This document shows, one piece after another, positions 54,627 through 64,000 of a stretch of DNA of 64,000 nucleotides. Source of the stretch: Candidatus Tectimicrobiota bacterium (lineage in GTDB: Bacteria; JACPUC01); the NCBI GenBank assembly GCA_016192455.1, contig JACPUC010000012.1:62001-126000 (forward strand), in the 5' to 3' direction. Under the pieces are notes generated by a model. The model ran no database searches and was not told where the DNA came from. It saw only the letters and a program-made list of their open reading frames with translations. The translations under genes and the position numbers were made by a program. Within the stretch, counting starts at the first letter, position 1, and each line of letters starts with the position of its first letter.

Positions 54627-56018
54627 ATGACCGTCGATCTCGCCATTGTCAATGGTACGGTGGTCACACCCGCCGGCCCTCAGCCGCTCACGGTCGCGGT
54701 GCGCCAGGAACGTATCGTTGCCCTCAGCGATCGGGCGCATTGCCCCGCGGCGCGCGAGATCCTCGACGCGAGCGATCTGCACGTGCTTCCCGGGCTGGTG
54801 GAGGGGCACGTCCACTTCCGTGAACCGGGCCTGACTCAGAAGGAGGACTTCGGCAGCGGCTCGGCGGCCGCGGTCTGCGGCGGGGTGACGACGGTGATCG
54901 ACATGCCGAACACCGTGCCGCCCACCGCCGACGCGCAGAGCCTGCGGCAAAAGCAAGCCCTGGCGGAGGCCAAGTCGTTGGTTGATTTCGGGCTGCTGGG
55001 GGTCATCCTGCCGAACAACCTGCGGCAGCTCCGCGGCCTGGTGGAGGCCGGCGCCCTGGGGTTGAAGGTCTTCATGGGGATGACGGTGGGCAATCTGCCG
55101 GCGCCCGAGGACGGCGACATCCTCGAGGCCTGGAGGCTGGCCGCAGAGCTGGGAATTCCGGTGGCGGTGCACGCCGAGAGCAGCGTCCTTGTGCACCACT
55201 GCACCGAACGGCTGCGCGCCGGCGGCCGCAGCGACGCCCTGGCGCACTATGAAGCCCGCCCCGAGATCGCCGAAGAGGAGGCGATCCAGCGCGCCATCCT
55301 CCTGGCGGCGGCGGCGGGCGCGCGCCTGCACGTCCTGCACGTCAGCACGGCCCAGGGGGCGGCGCTGGTGGGGGCGGCGAAACGCCGCGGCGGCGCGGTG
55401 AGCGCCGAGACGACGCCGCACTACCTGCTCTTGCAGAGCGCCGACGCCGCGCGCCTCGGCAACACCATGAAGATCAACCCGCCGGTGCGCGCCGCCGGCC
55501 ACGCGGAGCAGCTCTGGCAGGCCCTGCGGGGCGGCGCGATTGACAGCATCGCCACCGACCACGCTCCCCACCTGCCGGAAGAGAAGCGCCGGCGGAACGT
55601 CTGGGAGGCCCCGTCGGGGTTCCCCGGCGTGGAGACAGCCCTCCCCCTCATGCTCACCCAGGTGAACGCCGGGCGCATGCGCCTCGAGGAGTACGTGCGC
55701 TGGCACTGCGAGAACCCGGCGCGCATCTGGGGACTCTACCCCCGCAAAGGGGTGATCCAGGTCGGCAGCGACGCCGACCTGACCCTCGTCGATCTCTCCC
55801 GCCGCGACGTCATCAGGGCGGCGAACCTGCACAGCAAGAGCAAGGTAACGCCCTATGAGGGGTGGGAGGTGCAAGGCGTGCCGGTCTGCACCCTGGTGCG
55901 GGGCCAGATCGTCATGCGGGAGGGACAGCTCGTGGGCAGGCCGCGGGGACGGATGCTCTGGCCAAGCCGCGAGGCAAGGGCGGGCAGGGCCTCTGATGAC
56001 GCCGCGCGACTCGCATGA
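54627..56018 (+). CDS. Allantoinase/dihydroorotase-family cyclic amidohydrolase
   Basis: [51 protein letters not shown]. Confidence 0.9.
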   Translation: MTVDLAIVNGTVVTPAGPQPLTVAVRQERIVALSDRAHCPAAREILDASDLHVLPGLVEGHVHFREPGLTQKEDFGSGSAAAVCGGVTTVIDMPNTVPPTADAQSLRQKQALAEAKSLVDFGLLGVILPNNLRQLRGLVEAGALGLKVFMGMTVGNLPAPEDGDILEAWRLAAELGIPVAVHAESSVLVHHCTERLRAGGRSDALAHYEARPEIAEEEAIQRAILLAAAAGARLHVLHVSTAQGAALVGAAKRRGGAVSAETTPHYLLLQSADAARLGNTMKINPPVRAAGHAEQLWQALRGGAIDSIATDHAPHLPEEKRRRNVWEAPSGFPGVETALPLMLTQVNAGRMRLEEYVRWHCENPARIWGLYPRKGVIQVGSDADLTLVDLSRRDVIRAANLHSKSKVTPYEGWEVQGVPVCTLVRGQIVMREGQLVGRPRGRMLWPSREARAGRASDDAARLA

Positions 56019-56080
56019 ATGTCGCAGCGCTGCCGTCGACCGGAGGGATTCCGCCGGCAGCGGCGCCTCGCGCGACTGCC

Positions 56081-57499
56081 TTACGCCGACGTGGATGCGG
56101 AGATCGAGGCTGCTTCGCGCAGTCGATTCACGCAGTCGAGGGCGGCCACCTTGTAGCACTCCGCCAGGGTGGGGTAGTTGAAGACCATGGTGAGGAAGTA
56201 GTCGATCGTCCCCTGGAAGTACATCACCGCCTGACCGATGTGGATGATCTCCGTGGTGCCGGTGCCGATGCCGTGCACCGCGAGGAGGCGCCGCGTGTCC
56301 TGGTGCACGAGGACTTTCAGCATCCCCACGTCCTCGCCGAGGAGCTGGCCGCGGGCGATCTCGCGGTAGCGGGCCCGGCCTTGCTCGTAGGGCACTCGCG
56401 CCTTGGTGAGCTGCTCCTCCGTGGGGCCGATCATGGAGATTTCGGGGATCGTGTAGATGCCGAAGGGGAGCAGCTCGGGCGTCGAGGCGCACTGCTCGCC
56501 GAAGGCGTGGCAACTGGCCAGGCGGCCCTGCTCCATGGCCGTGGCGGCCAGGCTCGGGAAACCGATGACGTCCCCGGCGGCATAGATGGTGGGGACGCTC
56601 GTCTGGTAACACTCGTTGACCTTGATGCGGCCGCGCTCGTCGACCTCGATGCCCACCTTCTCCAAGCCCAGGCCGTCGATGGCGCCGGTCCGTCCCACCG
56701 CGTACAGCGCCGTGTGGGCGGTGATGCGCTTGCCGCTCAGCAGCTCGGCGACGACGCGGCGCTCGGCGCTCTTCGCCAAGCTCGCCACCTCCTCGCCCAG
56801 CAGCAGGGTCACCCCTTTCTGGCGCATGTGGTAGGAGAGCGCTTCAGAGATCTCGAGGTCAAGGAAACCGAGCAGGCGCGCCGACCGTTCCACCAGGGTG
56901 ACCTTGACACCGAGGGCGGCGAACATACTGGCGTACTCAGCGCCCACGATGCCGCCGCCGATCACCAGGAGGGTCGGCGGAATTTCCGCCAGGTGCAGGA
57001 TGCCCTTCGAGTCGACGATGATCTCATCATCGAAGGGGATATGGCTGGGTCGGGTGGGGCTGCTGCCGGTGGCGATGACGATGAAGTCGGTGCTGCAGCG
57101 ACGGTCTCCATCACCGCTTTCGATAAAGAGGGTATGGGGGTCGATGAGGGCGGCGGCGCCGTAGATCACCTCAACGTTGTTGCGGGTGAGCTGCGACCGC
57201 ACCACGGCGATCTCGTTGCGGATCACCTGCTCGCAGCGCGCCAGGAGGTCCGCCATCGCGATGCGCCGTTTCAGAATAAGGTTGGAGTCGTAGAAGGAGC
57301 GCTCGCGCAGCCCAGCCAGATAGATCACCGCTTCGCGCAGGCTCTTGCTGGGGATGGTGCCGGTGTTGATGCAGACGCCGCCGACGACGTGCTGGCGCTC
57401 GATGACCGCCACACTCTTGCCGAGCTTCGCCGCCTGAATCGCGGCTTTCTGACCGCCCGGCCCGCTGCCGATGACGACAAGATCATAGTGCTGAAGCAC
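56081..57499 (-). CDS. sthA: Soluble pyridine nucleotide transhydrogenase
   Basis: GSGPGG, GGVCINTGTIPSK (CxxxxT), GDVIGFPSLA, FNYPTLAECYKVAALD. Confidence 0.93.
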   Translation of the reverse strand: MLQHYDLVVIGSGPGGQKAAIQAAKLGKSVAVIERQHVVGGVCINTGTIPSKSLREAVIYLAGLRERSFYDSNLILKRRIAMADLLARCEQVIRNEIAVVRSQLTRNNVEVIYGAAALIDPHTLFIESGDGDRRCSTDFIVIATGSSPTRPSHIPFDDEIIVDSKGILHLAEIPPTLLVIGGGIVGAEYASMFAALGVKVTLVERSARLLGFLDLEISEALSYHMRQKGVTLLLGEEVASLAKSAERRVVAELLSGKRITAHTALYAVGRTGAIDGLGLEKVGIEVDERGRIKVNECYQTSVPTIYAAGDVIGFPSLAATAMEQGRLASCHAFGEQCASTPELLPFGIYTIPEISMIGPTEEQLTKARVPYEQGRARYREIARGQLLGEDVGMLKVLVHQDTRRLLAVHGIGTGTTEIIHIGQAVMYFQGTIDYFLTMVFNYPTLAECYKVAALDCVNRLREAASISASTSA

Positions 57500-58025
57500 G
57501 GTCCGGCATCCCTCATTGCGATGGGTTTCCGGCTCGCCCCTCGGCTGCGGGCGGTCGGGGACCTTCCCGGGCGGAGCGCCCGGCTCGTACCAGCGTCGCC
57601 GCCTCAGCTACCGGGAAGACGCGACCGCCGTCGGCTGCTCCTCGGGCTCGCCCTCCTCGATGCAGTGTGCGGGAAAACCGCGTTCATCGCAACCCTTCGT
57701 CAACGTCGGGCAAGGAGCGCCCGCGCCCTTCCAGGTGGCAAGCTCCGGGGAGCCGGAGTGGACCCCAGGGCCACCCCGAGCGGCGCAGCTCCTCGGCCGC
57801 GGGCGCCGCGCACCTCGGCCCTGCCTGCCGCGACCGCGGCCCAGGCCGGCCGCCACCGGCAGGCGCGGAGAGGCGCCCCTTCTCTTGATCCCGGCGTCTC
57901 CGGCACTCGCCGTGCTCGGAAGTGTGGGAGATGCGTGGTCAACGACCGCCTGGCAGCGTGACGAGAGCGGCTGGAAGGGGATGCCTCTCAGCCGAGGCAC
58001 GCCGTGTCACGAAAATGCTTGAGAC

Positions 58026-58117
58026 ATTCTACGGTCAGTATTACTCTTTGGCCATCACTTCTCTCGTGAAACGTTGACAGATTCCTCTAGCTGCGTGCTT
58101 GGAAACTACGGTAGAAT
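58026..58117. promoter_or_regulatory. Promoter region of the RND operon with an inverted-repeat pair
   Basis: ATTCTACGGTCAGT (58026) and ACTACGGTAGAAT (58105) are imperfect inverted copies flanking a TTGACA. Confidence 0.4.
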
Positions 58118-58280
58118 TTGGGTAAACAAAAACCTCTTCGTTCTGGACCCTTCCTCGTGCACTGTTGTCTCTTTGGGTAGTGCCCCATCCCACCCCCAGG
58201 AAGAGGAAGCAGCGACGCAGCGCCCTGGCGGGAGAAGGCGGCTGCATGCACCCGAGAACGCCCTAAGGTGAGGCTAGACG

Positions 58281-60191
58281 ATGTACCTCTCGGCGCCCCT
58301 TGCACATTGGTCGGCGCGTCGTGCCCTGATGTTCCTCGCCCTCCTACCGGCCCTCCTTGCCGGCTGCACGTCCGACACCTCCCCCGGCGCTGGGGGCCCT
58401 CGTCCGCGGCTGATCGCCGTGCGCGCCGTGCCCGCCAAGCCAGGACAGCTTGAGCGCTCCATCACCAGTACCGGGACGACCTTCCCGCTCGCCGAGGTGA
58501 AGATCATGCCGCGCACTGATGGGCAGATCGCCACGATCACGGTGCGCGAGGGGAGCGCGGTGCGGAAAGGCGACCTCCTCATCCAGCTCGATGATGCCAT
58601 TGCCAGCCACCAACTGGCGCTGGCCGGGGCCGAGCTGGGAGCGGCGCGGGCGCGCCTGAAGAAGCTGCGCGCCGGGAACCTGCCCGAGGAGATCAAGCGG
58701 GCCGAAGCCGAGATGCGCCAGAGCCGCGAGGCGGTGAACCGGACGAAGGCCGAGCTGGCCTCGGCGCAGGCGCAGCTCCATGAGGCGAAGGAGAACCTGG
58801 CCGCCTTCGAGGACCTCTTCCGGCAGGGGGTCGTGAGCTCGCAGCGCCGACTGAACTGGCAGACGACGGTGGGGACCACGACCGCGCTCCTCGCCGAGAA
58901 AGCCGCCAAGCTGCGCGAGCAAGACGAGCAACTCGCGGTGGCCGAGGAGAAGCTGGTCCTGGTGCGACGCGGCTCGCGCAGCGAAGATATCGAAGCGGCG
59001 GCCAACGAGGTGCAGCGCGCCGAGGCGAACGAGCGGCTCCTGCGGACGCGGCTCGAGTACACGAAGATCACTGCTCCCTTCGCCGGCATCATCGCTGAGC
59101 GACTCGTCGAGGAAGGCGATCTCGCCTCCCTCGGCAAGCATCTGCTGACCCTCGTCGATCTTGCCGAGCTGCGCGCGCGCGCGCCGGTCTCGGAGATCGA
59201 CCTGCCGGACCTGCGCGTGGGCCAGGACGCGACGATCCACTTCGACGCCTTCCCCAAGGGGGTGTTCCATGGCCGCATCGCCAGCATCTTCCCCACCATC
59301 GATCCGGTCTCCCGCCAGGGGACCGTGGAGGTGGTGTTGCCGAATGCGAGCGGGGAGCTCAAAGCGGGCCTCTTTGCGCGCCTGAGCATGAGTCTCGGCA
59401 AGCGATCGTCGGCGCTGCTCATCCCGCGCAGCGCATTGGCCCGATTGGCGGACGGGGAGATGTCGGTCTTTGTGCTTGATCCGGCGGCTGGCGAGGGAGG
59501 CCCCCCTGGCGGCCCGCGCGCGCAGGGGGCCGGAGGAGGCGCGGCGGGAGCGGGGGGAAAGCCGGGGGGGAGGCAGCGACCGCCGAGCCAGGGAACCGCC
59601 GAGGCTCCCGGCCTTGCGGCGAAGCGTCCGCAGGATGTGGCGATGCGCCCGCCCGGCGCGGCAACCGCTGACCACGGTGGCCCCGCCGCCGAGGGAGGGA
59701 GGGGGGAATTACCCGCGAACCGGGAGAGTGCCTCGGAGCGGCAGGAGCGCGTCACCATGCAGTTCGGCGTCGATGGCGTGGTGAGCCAGGCGGAGGCCGC
59801 GGACCCCGGCGCCTCCCAGGGACGGCCGCAGGCGACACGCGGAGAGGCGCCGGGCGGGGCGGCGCCGAGCGACGGCCAGAAGGGCGGCGCGCCGGCTGGC
59901 GAAGGCCGGGCGAGGCCGCGTGGGCAGGCGGTGCAACCGGGCGCTGCTGGGGGAGCGCCGCGGGGTGGTCCCCCGAGCCGCGTCCCTGGGCAGGCAGGAG
60001 GCGGGCCGGGCGGAGGCGGACCGGGCGGGCCGCAGGGACCGCTCTACACCGTGCGGCGCGTGGTCGTGCAGGTGGGTCTGGTGCAGGACAACACCGCCGA
60101 AGTGCTGGGCGGCCTGGGCGAGAATCAGCTCGTCCTGCTCTCTGGGCTCAGCGAGATCCCTGTCGGCGCGCGCGTCCGCGTGCGTGAGTAG
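58281..60191 (+). CDS. RND efflux periplasmic adaptor (MFP) with long coiled coil and ~185-aa low-complexity insertion
   Basis: LLAGC lipobox-like motif, VREGSAVRKGDLL, ITAPFAG, ELKAGLFA, EVLGGL. Confidence 0.9.
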   Translation: MYLSAPLAHWSARRALMFLALLPALLAGCTSDTSPGAGGPRPRLIAVRAVPAKPGQLERSITSTGTTFPLAEVKIMPRTDGQIATITVREGSAVRKGDLLIQLDDAIASHQLALAGAELGAARARLKKLRAGNLPEEIKRAEAEMRQSREAVNRTKAELASAQAQLHEAKENLAAFEDLFRQGVVSSQRRLNWQTTVGTTTALLAEKAAKLREQDEQLAVAEEKLVLVRRGSRSEDIEAAANEVQRAEANERLLRTRLEYTKITAPFAGIIAERLVEEGDLASLGKHLLTLVDLAELRARAPVSEIDLPDLRVGQDATIHFDAFPKGVFHGRIASIFPTIDPVSRQGTVEVVLPNASGELKAGLFARLSMSLGKRSSALLIPRSALARLADGEMSVFVLDPAAGEGGPPGGPRAQGAGGGAAGAGGKPGGRQRPPSQGTAEAPGLAAKRPQDVAMRPPGAATADHGGPAAEGGRGELPANRESASERQERVTMQFGVDGVVSQAEAADPGASQGRPQATRGEAPGGAAPSDGQKGGAPAGEGRARPRGQAVQPGAAGGAPRGGPPSRVPGQAGGGPGGGGPGGPQGPLYTVRRVVVQVGLVQDNTAEVLGGLGENQLVLLSGLSEIPVGARVRVRE

Positions 60192-60502
60192 GAACTTCTT
60201 CCCCGACCCGCCGCGCCTCCGCATGGTGGCCGCGCGGCTGCCGCAGGGTGGCGCCGAGGCGCCGCCCCGAGGCCACAACCGTGGGGGGCGATCCTGGCGG
60301 CAGCAGTGGCACGGGGGAAAGCTCTCTTCCCGGAGGTCCGCGGGACAGGGTCGTGGTGCGGCACTCCTTCGCGGGAGGGAAAGCCGACATCCCGCAGCTA
60401 ACCTGAGAGCTTGTCGGAGCGTGGTGATTGCGGCGCCGGGCGGCGACCTTCGCCCCGTGAAGGCGGACCGGTCATCCCTGCTGCCGGTGAGGAGGTTGAA
60501 GG

Positions 60503-63500
60503 GTGTCAGTCAGTGGGCTCTCCATTCGTCGCCCCGTGGGCGTTCTCATGCTTGGGCTCTGCGTCCTGGTGCTCGGCGGTTTCTTCCTGGCGCGCCTCCC
60601 CGTCGATCTCCTGCCGTCCATCGTCTACCCGCGCATCGTGGTGATCGTGCCGTACCCCGGCGCCGATCCCGCCATCGTCGAGGAGCAGGTGACAAAGGTC
60701 CTGGAGCGCGAGCTCGCCACCACCGACGGCGTGGCGAAGATTCGCTCCACCACCCGCGAGGGGATTGCCTTCGTCAACCTCTTCTTCAACTTCGGCCGCA
60801 ACATCGACGTGGCGCTCCAGGATACCGTCGCCCGCCTGAGCGTCGCCCAGGGGAACCTGCCGGAGGACGTGGACCCCGCCCGCGTCTTCAAGTTCGATCC
60901 CTCGCAATTGCCGATCATCGAGTTCGCCCTCAGCTCGGCGACGGTGACGGGCTCCGAGCTGCGCATCTATGCCGACGAGATTCTCTCCCGCCAGCTCGGC
61001 ACGGTTCCCGGTGTGGCGGCGGCCCTCGTGCTGGGCGGCCAGAAGGAGGAGGTGCGGGTGCTGGTTGATTTCCCGCGCCTGCAGAGCTACGGCATCGGCG
61101 TGACCCAGGTGCTCGAAGCGCTGCGCAAGGAGAACCTCGATGTCGCCGGGGGCCGGGTGACCACCCAGCTCCAGGAGTTCCAAAGCCGCACCTCCGGGAA
61201 GTTCGCCTCGGTCGATGAGATCGGCGGGATTCCTTTCCTGACGCGGGCCGGCAAGAAAATCTACCTGCGGGACTTCGCCGAGGTCGTGGACCTGGGGGCG
61301 GAGCAGCGCGTCTTCGCCTGGTTCGACGGCGCCGAGGCGATCAAGCTCTCGATTCTGAAGCAGCCGGACGCGAACACCGTCAGCGTCGCCGATGCCATCC
61401 GGGAGCGCATCCGGGAGCTGCGCGCCAGCGGCATCCTGCCGCCGGCGATGGAGCTGCGACCGATCTACGACCAGAGCTGGTACGTGCGCACCTCGATCGA
61501 TAACGTGTCGGTGGCGGCGGGTCTCGGCGGCCTGCTGGCGACGCTCATCGTCTTCTTCTTCCTGGGCAGTCTGCGCCGCACCTTCATCATCGCCCTCTCC
61601 ATCCCCCTGGCGATCTTCGTCACCTTCATCTTCATGGGGCTGGGCGGGCTGACCCTCAACATCTTCAGCCTCGGCGGCCTGGCGCTGGGGGTGGGGATGC
61701 TGGTGGACGGCGCCGTGGTGATGCTGGAGAACATCCATCGCCACCAGCTCCACAAGGAGGAGCCCCTGCACGCCGCCCAGGTCGCCGGCAAGGAGGTCGA
61801 GTCGCCCCTCGTCGCCTCGACGCTCACGAACATCGTGGCCCTGGCGCCCTTCCTCCTCCTCGGCGGCTTCACCTCGCTCCTCTTCAAGGAGCTGATCCTC
61901 ACCGTCATCTTCGCCTTCGCCGGCGCCCTCGTCGTGGCGCTCACCCTGGTGCCGATGCTGAGCGCCCGCTTGCTCGCGCTGCCGCGCACCAGCGGCTTGA
62001 ACCGCACCCGCTTCTTCCGCGCCATCGAGCGCCTGCAGATCGCCATGACGACACGCTACGTGGGGGCCGTCGGGCGCGTCATCCGCCACCCCGCCCCATT
62101 CCTCATCGTGGCCCTCCGCCTCTTCGCCGCCAGCCTGCCCCTGGCAACCCAACTGGGCGCTGAACTCCTGCCGCAGAGCGATGACCATCGCGGCTCGATC
62201 TTCATCCGCCTGAAGCCCGGCGTGCGCCTGGCGGAGAACATCGAGACGGTGCGCCGCGTGGACAGCGTCGTGCGGCGCGATCCGAACGTGCTCGCCACCT
62301 TCGCCGTGGCCGGCGGGCGCATTTTCTCGCGTTCCACGTCGGAGGATGTGACGCGCGGCCAGATCGACTTCGAGGCGCGCCACACTGTCCCCACGTCGGT
62401 CGTCGCCAGCCAGTTGATGCGCAAGCTGCAGACGCTCGGCATTCCGGACACGCGCATCTTCGTCCGCGCCGCGAAAATCCGCGGCGTCGCCACCTCCTTC
62501 TCTACCCATAACAAGGACATCGGCTTCATGATTCAGGGCCCCGAGCTGCCGGTCTTGACCCAGCTTGTCTCCCTGGCCATGGACGCCGTGCGCCGGGTGC
62601 CCGGCCTGCTCAACGTCGATACGGAGGCGGACGAGCCCTCGCCGGAACTGCAGGTGGTCGTTGATCGGGAGCGGGCCATCGAGCTGGGCTTGCGGGTGGA
62701 GGACGTGGGGAACATCGTGAAGACCGCAGTGGATGGGGTGGTGCCGACCCGCCTGCGGCGCGGCGACCGCGAGGTGGACCTGCGCGTGGAGTTCGCCAAC
62801 ACGAAAATCCGCAGCCCGAGCGACCTCGAGCGCTTGGCCCTGTTCACGCCAGGCGGGCAACGGGTGCCGCTCTACCATCTGGCGCGTGTCGTGGCGGCGA
62901 TCGGCCCGGCCAGCATCACGCGCAACGACCAGTCGCGCATGATCGAGATCGCCGGAGATATCCGCGGTCGCAGCCTGGGCGAGGTGGCAGCGGACATTCG
63001 CGCCGCGCTGCGCACCCTTGATCTGCCCCCCGGCTACCACGTCGTGGAGGGGGAGGAGGAGCGCTCCCTGCGGGAGACGAACCGGAACCTCTTCATCATT
63101 GGGCTGCTGGCCGCCTTCCTCGTCTACGTCGTCATGGCGGTGCAGTACGACTCCGTCATCAATCCGCTCGTCATCATGGGGACCGTGCCGCTGGCGCTGA
63201 CCGGCAGCATCGTGGGCCTCTACGTCACGAAGACGCCGCTGGGGGCGACGGTGCTCCTGGGGGTTATCCTCCTCGTCGGCATCGTGGTGAACAACGCCAT
63301 CATCATGATCGAGTACATCGAGCAGCTCCGCAAGGAGCACGGCTACCCGCGCGCCCAGGCGGTGGTGACGGCGTGCGGTCTGCGCCTGCGACCCATCCTC
63401 ATGACGAGCATCACCACCGTCGTCGGTCTGGTGCCGCTGGCGCTGGGGGTCGGGGAGGGCTCGGAGATGACCGCCCCGCTCGGCATCGTAGTCCTCTCCG

Positions 63501-63922
63501 GCGTTTCGGTCTCACTCCTGCTCACCCTCTTTATCATCCCCTGCCTCTACCTCACCTTCGAGGACCTCGCGAACCTCGTGCGCCGCCTCGTCGGCGTGGC
63601 GCCACGCCTTGCCGCGGCGGGCCCCACTTTCGATCCCGCCAACGTGCTCAATCCCATTGAGGAGCTGCGCATCAGTCTCAGAAGCGCGGCGAACGGCCGA
63701 CCGTCCCCGGCGGTTGCGGCGCTGCCGGTCGACGGGATGGGCGACGGGATGGGCGACGCGGCGGCGTCTGCCGCGGGCAAGGAGGTTGGCGGCGCCGCCG
63801 CGGAGCCGCCTGAAAGCGCTGCCGCGCAGTCGCTTGCGAAGCCTGCTCAGGAAGCGGAGCACGACCACGATGGCGCGCCCACTAGCTCGTCGAAGCTGGA
63901 ACGGGGGCAGTGGCTGATCTGA
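60503..63922 (+). CDS. RND efflux permease (AcrB/AcrD/AcrF family)
   Basis: SIRRPV, YPGA.P..VE, GMLVDGAVVMLENI, GIVVNNAI, RLRPILMTS; GAGGAGG RBS. Confidence 0.95.
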   Translation: MSVSGLSIRRPVGVLMLGLCVLVLGGFFLARLPVDLLPSIVYPRIVVIVPYPGADPAIVEEQVTKVLERELATTDGVAKIRSTTREGIAFVNLFFNFGRNIDVALQDTVARLSVAQGNLPEDVDPARVFKFDPSQLPIIEFALSSATVTGSELRIYADEILSRQLGTVPGVAAALVLGGQKEEVRVLVDFPRLQSYGIGVTQVLEALRKENLDVAGGRVTTQLQEFQSRTSGKFASVDEIGGIPFLTRAGKKIYLRDFAEVVDLGAEQRVFAWFDGAEAIKLSILKQPDANTVSVADAIRERIRELRASGILPPAMELRPIYDQSWYVRTSIDNVSVAAGLGGLLATLIVFFFLGSLRRTFIIALSIPLAIFVTFIFMGLGGLTLNIFSLGGLALGVGMLVDGAVVMLENIHRHQLHKEEPLHAAQVAGKEVESPLVASTLTNIVALAPFLLLGGFTSLLFKELILTVIFAFAGALVVALTLVPMLSARLLALPRTSGLNRTRFFRAIERLQIAMTTRYVGAVGRVIRHPAPFLIVALRLFAASLPLATQLGAELLPQSDDHRGSIFIRLKPGVRLAENIETVRRVDSVVRRDPNVLATFAVAGGRIFSRSTSEDVTRGQIDFEARHTVPTSVVASQLMRKLQTLGIPDTRIFVRAAKIRGVATSFSTHNKDIGFMIQGPELPVLTQLVSLAMDAVRRVPGLLNVDTEADEPSPELQVVVDRERAIELGLRVEDVGNIVKTAVDGVVPTRLRRGDREVDLRVEFANTKIRSPSDLERLALFTPGGQRVPLYHLARVVAAIGPASITRNDQSRMIEIAGDIRGRSLGEVAADIRAALRTLDLPPGYHVVEGEEERSLRETNRNLFIIGLLAAFLVYVVMAVQYDSVINPLVIMGTVPLALTGSIVGLYVTKTPLGATVLLGVILLVGIVVNNAIIMIEYIEQLRKEHGYPRAQAVVTACGLRLRPILMTSITTVVGLVPLALGVGEGSEMTAPLGIVVLSGVSVSLLLTLFIIPCLYLTFEDLANLVRRLVGVAPRLAAAGPTFDPANVLNPIEELRISLRSAANGRPSPAVAALPVDGMGDGMGDAAASAAGKEVGGAAAEPPESAAAQSLAKPAQEAEHDHDGAPTSSSKLERGQWLI

Positions 63923-64000
63923 GGCGGAGCGCCCGACGAGGTGCGGCGTCCCGCTTCCGAGCGAGGCGGCGGGCGCCTGGCGGCAAATTCCGCACGGAGC

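Noticed and set aside
60506-63340. Long antisense ORFs (944 aa here; also 54285-56612, 56015-57961, 20496-22205)
   Set aside because: Shadow ORFs opposite well-supported genes, expected from GC-rich codon bias, with no family motifs.

Overview
A 64 kb window of high-GC bacterial chromosome (about 70% GC by eye) with roughly 55 CDSs. I found no rRNA, tRNA, CRISPR array, transposase or prophage. Housekeeping genes (ilvD, gap-pgk-tpiA-secG, sthA) sit among many catabolic or accessory genes: five nitrilase-superfamily paralogs, three ABC importers, a fused [2Fe-2S]/Mo hydroxylase, tandem QueG/reductive-dehalogenase-like genes, an E2-less TPP E1 alpha/beta pair, a Doc/AbrB toxin-antitoxin pair and an RND efflux pair. 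The strongest hidden signal is the radical SAM gene at 51619-53034 (-). The ORF track stops it at a TGA, but reading through gives ...PWYC-U-AEPTEEQVALL*, with a SECIS-like hairpin just downstream. This points to a CUAEP-tail radical SAM selenoprotein, a family related to the arsinothricin enzyme ArsL. It is co-oriented with an amino-acid-ligase-type ATP-grasp gene, a YggX-like gene and a DMT exporter, making a candidate uncharacterised organometalloid or peptide pathway. Also notable are a family of ~195-bp MITE-like repeats that abut TAG stop codons (one carries a GTAG-REP palindrome), a Cys-to-Ser nitrilase, a 1-nt frameshift in an ornithine cyclodeaminase homolog, large insertions in OppA and the RND adaptor, and a ~1 kb low-GC patch. 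All family assignments come from motif recognition, not database searches.
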